Shown one piece after another: positions 8,273 through 16,680 of a stretch of 32,000 bases of DNA (position 1 is its first letter; each line of letters opens with the position of its first letter). Under the pieces are notes generated by a model. That model was not told the DNA's origin and did not search any database. It worked only from the letters and a program-made list of their open reading frames with translations. The position numbers were made by a program, and so were the translations under genes. This DNA is from Pyrodictium delaneyi (GTDB taxonomy: Archaea; Thermoproteota; Thermoprotei_A; Sulfolobales; Pyrodictiaceae), in assembly GCF_001412615.1 (NCBI RefSeq), contig NZ_CP013011.1:810001-842000 (forward strand). Direction: 5' to 3'.

Positions 8273-9874
8273 TTAGCCGCGTCGTAGAAGTGTTGCCAGG
8301 GCTACAGCGGCTATTATGCCAACAACTCCAGCTGCCACAAGAGTCGTGTTAACACTGCTAGTTGTATTCGTCTCGGTGCTTGTCGGGTGTGCTGTCTCCG
8401 TGGGTTCTGTAGGTGTTGTTGTCTGTGTAGCTTGTGTCTCTGTAGTTGTAGTTGTAATGGTTTCTGTTGGTGTTGACGTCGCTGTAGATGTAGTTGTTGT
8501 TTGTGGTTTGGATACCTGGCCGCTTGCCATCTCTACACGAACCGAGGCTAGCTGATGTAAAGCTACCCGCTGGTGAGAGAGTTTTACTGCTGGATCAGCT
8601 GCCTCCAGAACAACTTCGGTCGGGACAGCCTTCTCCAAGCCAGGAGCAAATACCGCGAACTGGAGCAGCTGCTTAACCAGCTGGCCATAGCCGGCTGCCA
8701 GTAGGGTCAATGCTTTCTCGGCGTCGTGGGCTGGTTCGCCGCTGGGCTCTGGTACCCTCATTCTATGGCCAGTATAGTCTAGCTTTATCTCTACCTGGTC
8801 TGGCTTCACGTTGACGTCGAGCTTAGCACTAGCCTTACTCGGTGCTGCTTTAGCTAGTTGAGGTATTGTCTGCTGTTGTACGGCTCCTAGCCCCGAGATG
8901 GCGATAGCAGCTTCAGGGCCTACTTCGCCACTCGCCTGGCCTAGCCTCGAGGCGATAATCAGCATTAGCCTCTGTAGAGCTGGAGAAGCATCTGCCCAAA
9001 GCTTTTGAGCTTCCTCGAGATCCCCGCTGCTTATGCTCTCATAGTATAGGTTTATGCTGGCCTGACTTCCTTCAACCTTAACTTCAAGTTTTAGACCTAG
9101 TTCTCCCTTTATGCTCACCGGCGACTCTAGAAGACTACGTATCTTATCGGCGTCATCTCTAGACAGTCCCATAGCCTCGGCACTTGCAAGCATTTGGTTA
9201 AGATCGGTACTCATCTTTAGGTGTAGCTTGACTTGGCCACCTTGCTGCATTACAGCACCTAGCTCTTCGACGCGGACAAAACCTAGCCCCATGAAAGCTA
9301 GTTGTCTGTTTATCTCGTCGACAGTTGGTATATGAGGGGTCTCCTCTTCGGTGCCGCTAGAAGGAGCAGTCACGTCAAGTACTATAACCGCGTATGAACC
9401 CTTGGATATCCTTATTTCAAGCTTCTCTATCCTGATATGAGCTATCTTGTCGTCTTCGGCCGGGAAGCTAGCTGCACCTGTTACGGTGAAGACTCCATTG
9501 CCTCCCTCGTAGTTGAATTCACCTTTAAGGTCAGCAGTTACTATGCCTGGGCTTGTAGCTGGCTCGGGGAACGTAAAGGAGCCCCTACCCTCCACTACTG
9601 TATGGGACTCGGAACCTGTATAGCTGCTTTGATAATTTAGCTGGAAGTTACCTACAGCATCTATCCCACCTGAAGGGTAGACGATCATATCTAGCCGGTA
9701 GACGGGCTGTACTGCACCATCATTGTACACTACCAGCTTGAAAAGAGACTCTTTCACGTCTATACGGAGCTGCTCTTGGTACTGTTGCTGCGCAGCTGCT
9801 AGTGCTGGTTGCACGGCTATAAGGATTAATAGGATAACAGCTGCTGCTAAGCTGCGTGTAGAATGAACATACAT
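8273..9874 (-). CDS. secreted surface protein with signal peptide, Thr-rich linker and C-terminal TM anchor
   Basis: The 533-aa ORF has an N-terminal signal-like sequence (AAAVILLILIAVQPALAAAQ). A tract of about 53 aa rich in Thr/Ser/Pro/Glu follows, then LVAAGVVGIIAAVALATLL-RRG at the C-terminus. I recognise no catalytic family in the ectodomain. Confidence 0.7.
   Translation of the reverse strand: MYVHSTRSLAAAVILLILIAVQPALAAAQQQYQEQLRIDVKESLFKLVVYNDGAVQPVYRLDMIVYPSGGIDAVGNFQLNYQSSYTGSESHTVVEGRGSFTFPEPATSPGIVTADLKGEFNYEGGNGVFTVTGAASFPAEDDKIAHIRIEKLEIRISKGSYAVIVLDVTAPSSGTEEETPHIPTVDEINRQLAFMGLGFVRVEELGAVMQQGGQVKLHLKMSTDLNQMLASAEAMGLSRDDADKIRSLLESPVSIKGELGLKLEVKVEGSQASINLYYESISSGDLEEAQKLWADASPALQRLMLIIASRLGQASGEVGPEAAIAISGLGAVQQQTIPQLAKAAPSKASAKLDVNVKPDQVEIKLDYTGHRMRVPEPSGEPAHDAEKALTLLAAGYGQLVKQLLQFAVFAPGLEKAVPTEVVLEAADPAVKLSHQRVALHQLASVRVEMASGQVSKPQTTTTSTATSTPTETITTTTTETQATQTTTPTEPTETAHPTSTETNTTSSVNTTLVAAGVVGIIAAVALATLLRRG
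8342..8500 (-). repeat. low-complexity coding tract (Thr-rich linker)
   Basis: It encodes TTTTSTATSTPTETITTTTTETQATQTTTPTEPTETAHPTSTETNTTSSVNTT. On the plus strand it appears as GT-rich imperfect repeats (gttgttgt, gtagttgta). Confidence 0.8.
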
Positions 9875-10198
9875 GGACTATACTACACCTCTCCTCTCTT
9901 GCTAATCTTAGCTATCTGGTAGGCAATATACTCTGTCTCAGACTTTGCAACAGGGGGTATAGAATAACACTACAAAAACGGCCAAGTCCAGGGGGCCTAA
10001 GAGGTTTTATCCCTTGGAATACCGTATAGGAGTTATCCGGGGTTCCCTCGTATAAGCCCATATACCATAGGCCTAGAGAGACCCTTGCCTCTCCATGCTA
10101 GCGGCTCTCCCCCTGAAAGGGGGTGCATCTCTATGTTGCAAACGGGTTGCATAACGAATACTGCCTCAGCTCTGTAAAACCGTGGGGGTTGGTGGCCT

Positions 10199-11086
10199 GT
10201 GCCTATAACCGTAGCGCTAGTACATATGAGGCTAAAGCCCCTTGCCAAGAAGTCTAATCTCGAAAAAGCTCGAAAATTAATCAAAGAAGCGGCACTTAAG
10301 GGTGCAAGGCTCGTTGTTCTGCCAGCCTTTGTGAACATCGGTCCATTCTTCTTGCACTACCCGCGGACCCGCAATCGCGCCATAACCCGGAACCAGGCGG
10401 AGCGTATACCCGGAAACACTTACGAGTACCTCTCAATGGTAGCATTAGAGAACGGTGTCTACATCGTAGCAGGCCCGCTCATCGAGAGAGCAGGCCCCAA
10501 AATATTCCTCACAACCATAGTGATATCGCCTAATGGCAGCCTCATAGCCAAGTACAGGAAGATAGCAAGTAACGGCCTCGACGAGGAACTAGGCATAAGT
10601 CCCGGTCGCAACACTGTAGTCATAGACGACATAGGCAGAAGCATAGGGCTTCTAGCAGAAGACGACATATACTACCCGGAGGTCGCGCGTAGCCTCCTCC
10701 TCGAAGGCGCTACCGCGTTCATAGCAACCCTCCGGCCCGGTGAGAACGAGAACAAGGTTAAACTCAGCCTCCTCGCCCGCAGCGTGGAGAACAACGTTCC
10801 CATACTAGCAGTCGGCGCTGTCTTCGAGACAACGGACAAAATGGTAGAAATACCAACTATGGTTATAGACCCACAGAACGGGATAGTAGAAGAGATTAAT
10901 GAGCCCAAGGATACGTTCCTTCTAGTAGAGGTAATGGAGCAACCGAGCAATATAAGGGACATAGTAGAGACGAGTCTACGTGCAAAAACTCTGGCATCGA
11001 TATACTGTAAGGCTGCTAAGGATAGTCTGGTGGAGAATCTAGCAGGGCGCTACAAGCTAGCTAGTAGTGGAGAACCCGAAGGCTAG
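10199..11086 (+). CDS. carbon-nitrogen hydrolase (nitrilase superfamily) homologue lacking the catalytic Glu and Cys
   Basis: The 295-aa ORF is colinear with archaeal CN-hydrolases: KARKLIKEAALKGARLVVLP, AKYRKI, YYPEVARSLLLEGA. The catalytic Lys is retained (K121). The Glu position reads LPAF (A43) and the Cys position reads GLLAEDD (A153). Confidence 0.75.
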   Translation: MPITVALVHMRLKPLAKKSNLEKARKLIKEAALKGARLVVLPAFVNIGPFFLHYPRTRNRAITRNQAERIPGNTYEYLSMVALENGVYIVAGPLIERAGPKIFLTTIVISPNGSLIAKYRKIASNGLDEELGISPGRNTVVIDDIGRSIGLLAEDDIYYPEVARSLLLEGATAFIATLRPGENENKVKLSLLARSVENNVPILAVGAVFETTDKMVEIPTMVIDPQNGIVEEINEPKDTFLLVEVMEQPSNIRDIVETSLRAKTLASIYCKAAKDSLVENLAGRYKLASSGEPEG

Positions 11087-11350
11087 GATAATAACTTCTC
11101 TTAACCTTGCCTCTGTCTGAGCCTCTTAGCCACTTAAGTAGCCCCAAGTTAACACTATAATGCTGTAACGTTAGCTTACTACTTCTCCCTAGCTATGCTG
11201 GCACCACCTTACTCTGTTCAATCGCTGGTAGTGGAGGCTACGTGTATCAACTAAAACCGAGACTGAGACAATGATTTGGGCAAAAAGAGGTGTGAATGCA
11301 GGTGGAGAAATGTGAGGACTGAACGGTACTATGCAGCAACAATAAATAGT

Positions 11351-11360
11351 TTAAAAAATG
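11351..11360 (-). terminator. oligo-T run downstream of the substrate-binding protein gene
   Basis: The minus strand reads CATTTTTTAA about 45 nt after the stop codon (11403-11405). Oligo-T tracts are the usual archaeal termination signal. Confidence 0.4.
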
Positions 11361-11402
11361 CTACCCGGCATTGAGGAGCGGTCTGAGAAAAGTTGTTATG
11401 GG

Positions 11403-12758
11403 TTATTTCCAGGTGAAGCTGTCGCTGGCGTAGTTGTAGACGCCCTTGAGTACCCACTTGTAACCCTCAGCGGTCTTCTCTACCTGCCATAGGTCGTAGT
11501 CGGCGAAGGCTCTGTCGCCGGCCTTGTCTAGTACTATCCAGCCGGTGGCGCCGAAGTAGTTGTAAGCTACGTCAGGTAGTATGTTCTTGACTGCTGTAGC
11601 GTCGTACTTCTGTGTTGCCAGTAGGGATAGTGTTATCACCCACGCGGCGTCGTAGGCTGCTAGGGCGTAGGTGTCGGGTTCGCGGCCTAGCTTCTGGCGT
11701 AGCTCCTCAACTATCTTGTCGTACTTCTGGCTCTTAGAGGCGGCGAATATCGGGTTGAGGAACTTCACCTGGGCAGCGAACTCTGCAGCTACTGGGTCCT
11801 TGACTAGCTCGTCGAGTAGGGCTGTACCGTCGCTACCGAACCACCTTACCTGCTTGAGTATGTCGTACTGGCTGGCTACCTGGAATACCTGTACTACCTC
11901 GTTGAAACCTATGTAGACTACTGCTACCTTATCCTTACCGTACTTGTTCACGGCCTCCTGTACTAGGCTTGCTAGCTGGTCTACCTCGGTGCTGAACTCC
12001 TTGGCCTTGGGGTCGTACCTGGGGCCGTCGATCACCTCTATGCCTAGCTGGGTAGCAGCCTCCTTTATTGCGTCGTGTAGGCCGTCACCCCAGGCGTCAC
12101 CGCGCCACATTATCACTATAGCCTTGACTCCAAAGTTCTTGGCCATCTTGGCTATTACTGGGCCCTGTATGTTGTCGGTCGGGCAGAACCTGAATATGTA
12201 GTCGTCCGGTATGGCTAGGGCTGGGGCAGTGCTGCTCTGGCTTATTACTAGCAGCTTGTTCTGGTCAGCGAAGTTCTTGATCTGGCGCACCTCGGCGCTG
12301 GTCTGTGGGCCTATGAAGAACTTGATGCCCTTAGCGGCTAGCGCCTGTATCTTCTGTAGAGCTACCTCGGGCTTGGTCTCGGTGTCCTCTACTACTATCT
12401 TTATGCGGAATGGCGCGCCAGCCTTCTCTAGGAAGGCGTTGATGTCTCTCTCAGCTAGCTCGAGGGCGGCCTTGCTGTTCTCACCGTAGCTGGCTAGGTC
12501 ACCAGTTAGCGGGAGGAGCGCACCAATCTGAACCTCTCCGCTGAGGCCTCCGGCGGCTGTTGTAGCCTCAGCCTGGGCAGTCTGTGTTTGCGGCTGTTGA
12601 GTCGGTGTGGTAACAGGAGATGCCGCTGGAGTACCAGCTGTCGTAGGTGTTGGTGTTGCCTCGGGTGCCCCGCCCTTACCGCCTAGGTAGAGGGCTATAC
12701 CAGCTATTACGAGTACAGCAATAACTGCTATTGCTATGTTTGTACGCGGGCTTGCCAT
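11403..12758 (-). CDS. ABC transporter substrate-binding protein, branched-chain amino acid (LivJ/K-like) family, membrane-anchored
   Basis: The 451-aa ORF has an N-terminal TM anchor (IAIAVIAVLVIAGIALYL) and a Thr/Pro/Gln-rich linker. A periplasmic-binding-protein type I fold follows (IGALLPLTGDLASYG..., FIGPQTS). It is divergent from the ATPase and permease genes. Confidence 0.85.
   Translation of the reverse strand: MASPRTNIAIAVIAVLVIAGIALYLGGKGGAPEATPTPTTAGTPAASPVTTPTQQPQTQTAQAEATTAAGGLSGEVQIGALLPLTGDLASYGENSKAALELAERDINAFLEKAGAPFRIKIVVEDTETKPEVALQKIQALAAKGIKFFIGPQTSAEVRQIKNFADQNKLLVISQSSTAPALAIPDDYIFRFCPTDNIQGPVIAKMAKNFGVKAIVIMWRGDAWGDGLHDAIKEAATQLGIEVIDGPRYDPKAKEFSTEVDQLASLVQEAVNKYGKDKVAVVYIGFNEVVQVFQVASQYDILKQVRWFGSDGTALLDELVKDPVAAEFAAQVKFLNPIFAASKSQKYDKIVEELRQKLGREPDTYALAAYDAAWVITLSLLATQKYDATAVKNILPDVAYNYFGATGWIVLDKAGDRAFADYDLWQVEKTAEGYKWVLKGVYNYASDSFTWK
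12549..12683 (-). repeat. low-complexity coding tract (Thr/Pro/Gln/Ala-rich linker of the binding protein)
   Basis: It encodes APEATPTPTTAGTPAASPVTTPTQQPQTQTAQAEATTAAGG, lying between the membrane anchor and the binding domain. Confidence 0.7.
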
Positions 12759-12812
12759 GACTTATACACCTCGCGGTCTAGTAGCTCTCTGAGTACCATG
12801 TATGGGCCACGA

Positions 12813-12845
12813 GGAAACCGGTTTCCTAGCCCCTTTTATATTTTC
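12813..12845. promoter_or_regulatory. perfect 14-bp palindrome GGAAACCGGTTTCC next to a TTTTATATTTT TATA-like element, in the divergent ABC transporter promoter region
   Basis: Read directly: the palindrome is at 12813-12826 and the A/T element at 12834-12845. Both lie between the binding-protein gene (minus strand) and livG (plus strand). Confidence 0.35.
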
Positions 12846-12973
12846 GAGGCGAGGATACGCGTGTTGTCACAACCTAAAGATTCGCTATTATTTACAATAT
12901 TTTACATGATGTGTCTACTGGGACAAGAGTATTTAAGACTCTAAGTACCACAGCAGTGGGCCACGGGGCCCTC

Positions 12974-13780
12974 ATGGAGAGCGTGGAGAGCAAGGCGGAG
13001 GCCATGACAAACATCGGCTATAGTAGCGAGTACATACTAGTCGCGGAGAGGATAAAGAAGAGGTTCGGCGGCCTCATCGCGGTAGATGGCGCTACGGTCA
13101 AGGTGCGGAGGAAGACTATCACGCTCCTTATAGGCCCCAACGGTAGCGGAAAGACGACACTACTCAACGTCATAGCAGGCTTCTACAAGCCCGACGGCGG
13201 CAAGGTTATCTTCGACGGCAAGGATGTGACGGGATGGCCTCCACATAAGCTATATCACCTAGGAATGGCGCGTACCTTCCAGGTACCTCAGCCCTTCTAT
13301 AAGCTCACAGTGCTTGAGAACGTGCTTCTTGCCGCTCGGGGTCATCCCGGCGAGTCCTTTGCAGCGCCGCTGCAGAGGAGCAAGTGGCTGCCCCGCGAGG
13401 AGGAACTAGTGGATAAGGCTTTCAGCATTCTTAAGCTCGTTGGGCTTATCCACCTATGGGACCAGCCTGCTGGCCAGCTCAGCGGCGGCCAGATGAAGCT
13501 ACTAGAGATCGCTCGTGTACTCATGAGCGGTGCCAGGATGATTCTCATGGATGAGCCTATTGCCGGTGTTAACCCGACTCTGGCTCATGAGATACTTCAG
13601 TTCCTCGTAAAGCTTCGTGACCAGGGAATAACGTTCTTCATTATTGAGCATAGGCTCGACATAGCTATGCAGTATGTCGATTACGTCTATGCCATGGCTC
13701 GGGGCCGAGTGATAGCTGAAGGCAAGCCTGAGGAAGTAGTCTCCAACCCCGTTGTAATAGATAGCTATCTAGGAGGGTGA
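12974..13780 (+). CDS. livG: branched-chain amino acid ABC transporter ATP-binding protein (LivG-like)
   Basis: It has Walker A (GPNGSGKTT), the ABC signature (LSGGQMKLLEIAR), Walker B (ILMDEP) and the H-loop (IIEHRL). The start is ambiguous among GTG 12911, ATG 12974 and ATG 13004. The conserved domain begins near residue 45 of the longest model. Confidence 0.85.
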   Translation: MESVESKAEAMTNIGYSSEYILVAERIKKRFGGLIAVDGATVKVRRKTITLLIGPNGSGKTTLLNVIAGFYKPDGGKVIFDGKDVTGWPPHKLYHLGMARTFQVPQPFYKLTVLENVLLAARGHPGESFAAPLQRSKWLPREEELVDKAFSILKLVGLIHLWDQPAGQLSGGQMKLLEIARVLMSGARMILMDEPIAGVNPTLAHEILQFLVKLRDQGITFFIIEHRLDIAMQYVDYVYAMARGRVIAEGKPEEVVSNPVVIDSYLGG

Positions 13781-13787
13781 TGAAGCT

Positions 13788-14513
13788 ATGCCTAGCCTTC
13801 AAATTCGCGGCTTAAATGCTGGCTACGGTAAACTCCAGATACTCTTCGATGTAAGCTTCTCAGCGCCATCAGAGAAGATAACAGTGATAGTGGGGCCCAA
13901 TGGTAGCGGCAAGAGTACCACCCTTAAGACGATATTCGGACTCACTACTATCTATAGCGGCGAAATACTCTTTGATGGTAAGAATATAGCTGGACTTCCT
14001 CCGCATCGTATAGCAAAGATGGGTATAGCTTACGTCCCCCAGACGGATAACGTGTTTGCAAAACTCACCGTCAAGGAGAACCTCGTAATGGCCACATATG
14101 GTATGGATGAGTCGAGTGCGCAAGACCGGGTGGAAGAGGTTCTGGAGATGTTCCCGATCCTAAAGGAGAGGCTCGACCAGAGAGCTGGTACTCTCAGCGG
14201 TGGCGAGAGGCAGATGCTCGCCATAGGCATAGCGCTGATAAGGAGGCCTAAGCTTATGCTCTTCGACGAGCCTACAGCAGCACTAGCACCGAAGATAGCC
14301 ATAGAGATACTCGACATAATAGCCCGGCTACGCGACGAGTACAAGATAACTATACTACTAGTAGAGCAGAACGCTAAGAAGGCATTAGAGTATGGCGACC
14401 GTGCCGTCCTCCTCGTCGGCGGCCGGGTAGCCTTCGAAGGCGAGGCCGAGGAGCTGCTACACCACCCAGACCTCGCACGCATGTACCTAGGCCTAGTCGC
14501 GGGAGCAGAGTAA
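13788..14513 (+). CDS. livF: branched-chain amino acid ABC transporter ATP-binding protein (LivF-like)
   Basis: It has Walker A (GPNGSGKST), the signature (LSGGERQMLAIG) and Walker B (LMLFDEP). A GGAGGG element lies about 10 nt upstream of the ATG. Confidence 0.9.
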   Translation: MPSLQIRGLNAGYGKLQILFDVSFSAPSEKITVIVGPNGSGKSTTLKTIFGLTTIYSGEILFDGKNIAGLPPHRIAKMGIAYVPQTDNVFAKLTVKENLVMATYGMDESSAQDRVEEVLEMFPILKERLDQRAGTLSGGERQMLAIGIALIRRPKLMLFDEPTAALAPKIAIEILDIIARLRDEYKITILLVEQNAKKALEYGDRAVLLVGGRVAFEGEAEELLHHPDLARMYLGLVAGAE

Positions 14514-14547
14514 TGACGAGAATGAACAATGTTAAGCCAGTAGGGGT

Positions 14548-15516
14548 GTGATGGGCATGCCGATTAGCCTCGTTTACCTCGAGAACAGTCTCGTATACAG
14601 TAATGCGCTTGTACTCCTAGCTATAGGCCTAACGATGACCTACCTGACTACTAAGATACCGAACTTCGCTCATGGCAGCCTAGCGATAGTCGGTGCATAC
14701 CTGCTCTTCACAGTAGTGGCTGTGTACAAGGCTAGTATCGCTCTAGGCTTTATTGCTGCATTCCTTGCGGGCGCTATTGTGGGGCTTTTGGAGTACCTTG
14801 TTGTTCTCCGCCCGCTTCAGAGGAGGGGAACAGATGCACTAGGCCTCATGATAGCGACGCTGGGTGTGGACATATTCCTCATAGGTGCGCTGAACATCTA
14901 TGCCGACATAGTTAGGGATATGCACCCCGTTACGGGGACTAGCCGTGACTGGAGCCTCCGTAGCTTCGTACTAGGCCGTGTAGCAGGTCTCACTGAGGGC
15001 ACATGGATATCCATAGGCCTCGTAGTGGCTAGCCTAGTGGCGCTCTATCTGCTGCTAACCCGGACAAAGTTCGGCGTTGCTATGAGGGCTAGCATTGAGA
15101 ACCCGCAGCTAGCACAGGTGCTGGGAGTCAACGTTGACCTAGTCTACGCGATATCATGGCTGATAGCTGGTGGTCTTGCAGGATTAGCGGGCGGGCTCAT
15201 GTCGTTCGTAATGAGGATAAACCCTGCTACAGGTAGCATCGAGGTAGTAAGCGTATTCGCAGCGAGCATTGCGGGCGGGCTGCAGAGCCTGCTAGGCGGT
15301 GTAGTCGGCGGCTATCTCGTTGGCCTCAGCGAGACTGTTGGTACAAGGCTCCTCGGCGAGCTGCTAGGCATTACCGGGATAGCAGCGTACCGTAAAGTTG
15401 TATCGTTGGCCCTCATAGTGGTAGTGCTCCTTGTTGCTCCAGAGGGTATTATGGGTGTTAACTGGCGCAGTATTTTGCGCAAGCTGAAGAACAGGGCTAA
15501 GGGTGAGAGAAGCTAA
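14548..15516 (+). CDS. livH: branched-chain amino acid ABC transporter permease (LivH-like)
   Basis: The 322-aa polytopic protein shows LivH-type features: NFAHGSLAIVGAY, LQRRG, and a Gly-rich C-terminal half. The real start may be ATG 14551 or ATG 14557, downstream of an AGGGGTG element. Confidence 0.85.
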   Translation: MMGMPISLVYLENSLVYSNALVLLAIGLTMTYLTTKIPNFAHGSLAIVGAYLLFTVVAVYKASIALGFIAAFLAGAIVGLLEYLVVLRPLQRRGTDALGLMIATLGVDIFLIGALNIYADIVRDMHPVTGTSRDWSLRSFVLGRVAGLTEGTWISIGLVVASLVALYLLLTRTKFGVAMRASIENPQLAQVLGVNVDLVYAISWLIAGGLAGLAGGLMSFVMRINPATGSIEVVSVFAASIAGGLQSLLGGVVGGYLVGLSETVGTRLLGELLGITGIAAYRKVVSLALIVVVLLVAPEGIMGVNWRSILRKLKNRAKGERS

Positions 15517-15540
15517 AGGGTAAAGCGGAGGTGGATATCC

Positions 15541-16680
15541 ATGGCTGTGCCGGTCATAGGTGTATTGTTCGAGCCTAGCTTCTGGCTATGGGTGGCTATA
15601 TACGCTATTGTCTCCCTAAGCCTCAACATCGAGGCTGGTGTAACGGGCATACCAAACTTTGGTAAGCACCTCGCAGTGCTAGTAGGTGCTATAGTTGCTG
15701 CTGCACTGCCAGGCTATCTTGGCCTAGCACTACTCCCGGCCGATGTAAAGCAGCAGCTAGAGGCCATGACTGGAGGCCAACTCAGCTATGCTGGCGACTA
15801 TAACTCTCTAATTGCTGATGCATTGAACAAGTACTTTGCTCAGCACCCAGGGCTATCACTAGCACTCTTCCTGCTAGTACTAGCGACAGCAGCGCTTCTC
15901 GGCGCAGCTGTGGGATGGCTCGCTGCATACCCTGCGGCGAGGCTGCGTGAAGAGTACCTAGCTATAACGCTACTAGCGGCTGCAGAGGCATCCATGATAG
16001 TAGCGTATAACGCGCCGCAGCTCGGTGGCACACTCGGCCTGACGGTACCCAATACTCTCGTATGGCTTGACAACATAGTAAGCAGGTTCGTCTCGACAAA
16101 CGTCCACATAATATCAACACTGATAGTAGCAATAATGGTAGCCATAGTAGTGTTTGCATACCTAGAGCTGGTGCTCCGTAGCCCCATGGGCAGGCTGTTG
16201 AAGGGTGTACGTGACAACGAGGTAGCAGCAGAGTCCCTAGGCAAGGACGTGACGAAGGTGAAGCTCAAGACGCTAATGATAGGCTCAGCGCTAGCCGCGG
16301 TAGCAGGCGCGCTATTCATCACTGGTACACTAGGCTGGATGGCTACCAGCTACAACAGAGTGTCCTGGACCTTCTGGGTCTGGGCTATGATGATACTAGG
16401 CGGTATGGCTAACAACATTGGTACCCTCGTGGGTACATTCATACTGGTACTAGTAAGGCAGATGATAACCTACAATAAGACGCTCATAGCGCCCTACCTG
16501 CCATTCGACCCCGCATGGCTAGACCCACTAATACTGGGAGCACTGCTGGTGATAGTGCTAATGGTGAGGCCGCAGGGAGTACTCCCAGAGAAGACGATGT
16601 ACCCGCTGCCACGGCAGAAGCTCGAGGAGAAGGCTAAGAGTCTTGGTGCCCCAGCCTCCGGTAAAGGTGTAGCGCGATAG
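15541..16680 (+). CDS. livM: branched-chain amino acid ABC transporter permease (LivM-like)
   Basis: The 379-aa polytopic protein follows livH and has the LivM-type motif (GIPNFGKHLAVLVGA). GGAGGTG lies 7-8 nt upstream of the ATG. Its 3' end overlaps the convergent OCD-family gene. Confidence 0.85.
   Translation: MAVPVIGVLFEPSFWLWVAIYAIVSLSLNIEAGVTGIPNFGKHLAVLVGAIVAAALPGYLGLALLPADVKQQLEAMTGGQLSYAGDYNSLIADALNKYFAQHPGLSLALFLLVLATAALLGAAVGWLAAYPAARLREEYLAITLLAAAEASMIVAYNAPQLGGTLGLTVPNTLVWLDNIVSRFVSTNVHIISTLIVAIMVAIVVFAYLELVLRSPMGRLLKGVRDNEVAAESLGKDVTKVKLKTLMIGSALAAVAGALFITGTLGWMATSYNRVSWTFWVWAMMILGGMANNIGTLVGTFILVLVRQMITYNKTLIAPYLPFDPAWLDPLILGALLVIVLMVRPQGVLPEKTMYPLPRQKLEEKAKSLGAPASGKGVAR

Noticed and set aside
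8316-8555. The repetitive GT-rich sequence looks like a tandem repeat or array.
   Set aside because: It is the antisense view of the Thr-rich coding linker of the surface protein. It lacks the regular repeat-spacer periodicity of a CRISPR array.
11087-11402. A 316-bp AT-rich spacer lies between the convergent CN-hydrolase-like and binding-protein genes. I considered a C/D-box or other small RNA (AATGATT, TGTGAGGACTGA).
   Set aside because: The box matches are partial and lack terminal complementarity. The strongest element (TTTAAAAAA, 11351-11360) is better explained as the oligo-T terminator of the minus-strand gene. A transcript cannot be excluded without RNA data.
13776-13782. GTGATGA matches the C-box consensus.
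   Set aside because: It is formed by the livG stop codon region and the livF ribosome-binding context (GGAGGGTGATGAAGCTATG). No D box or guide architecture follows.
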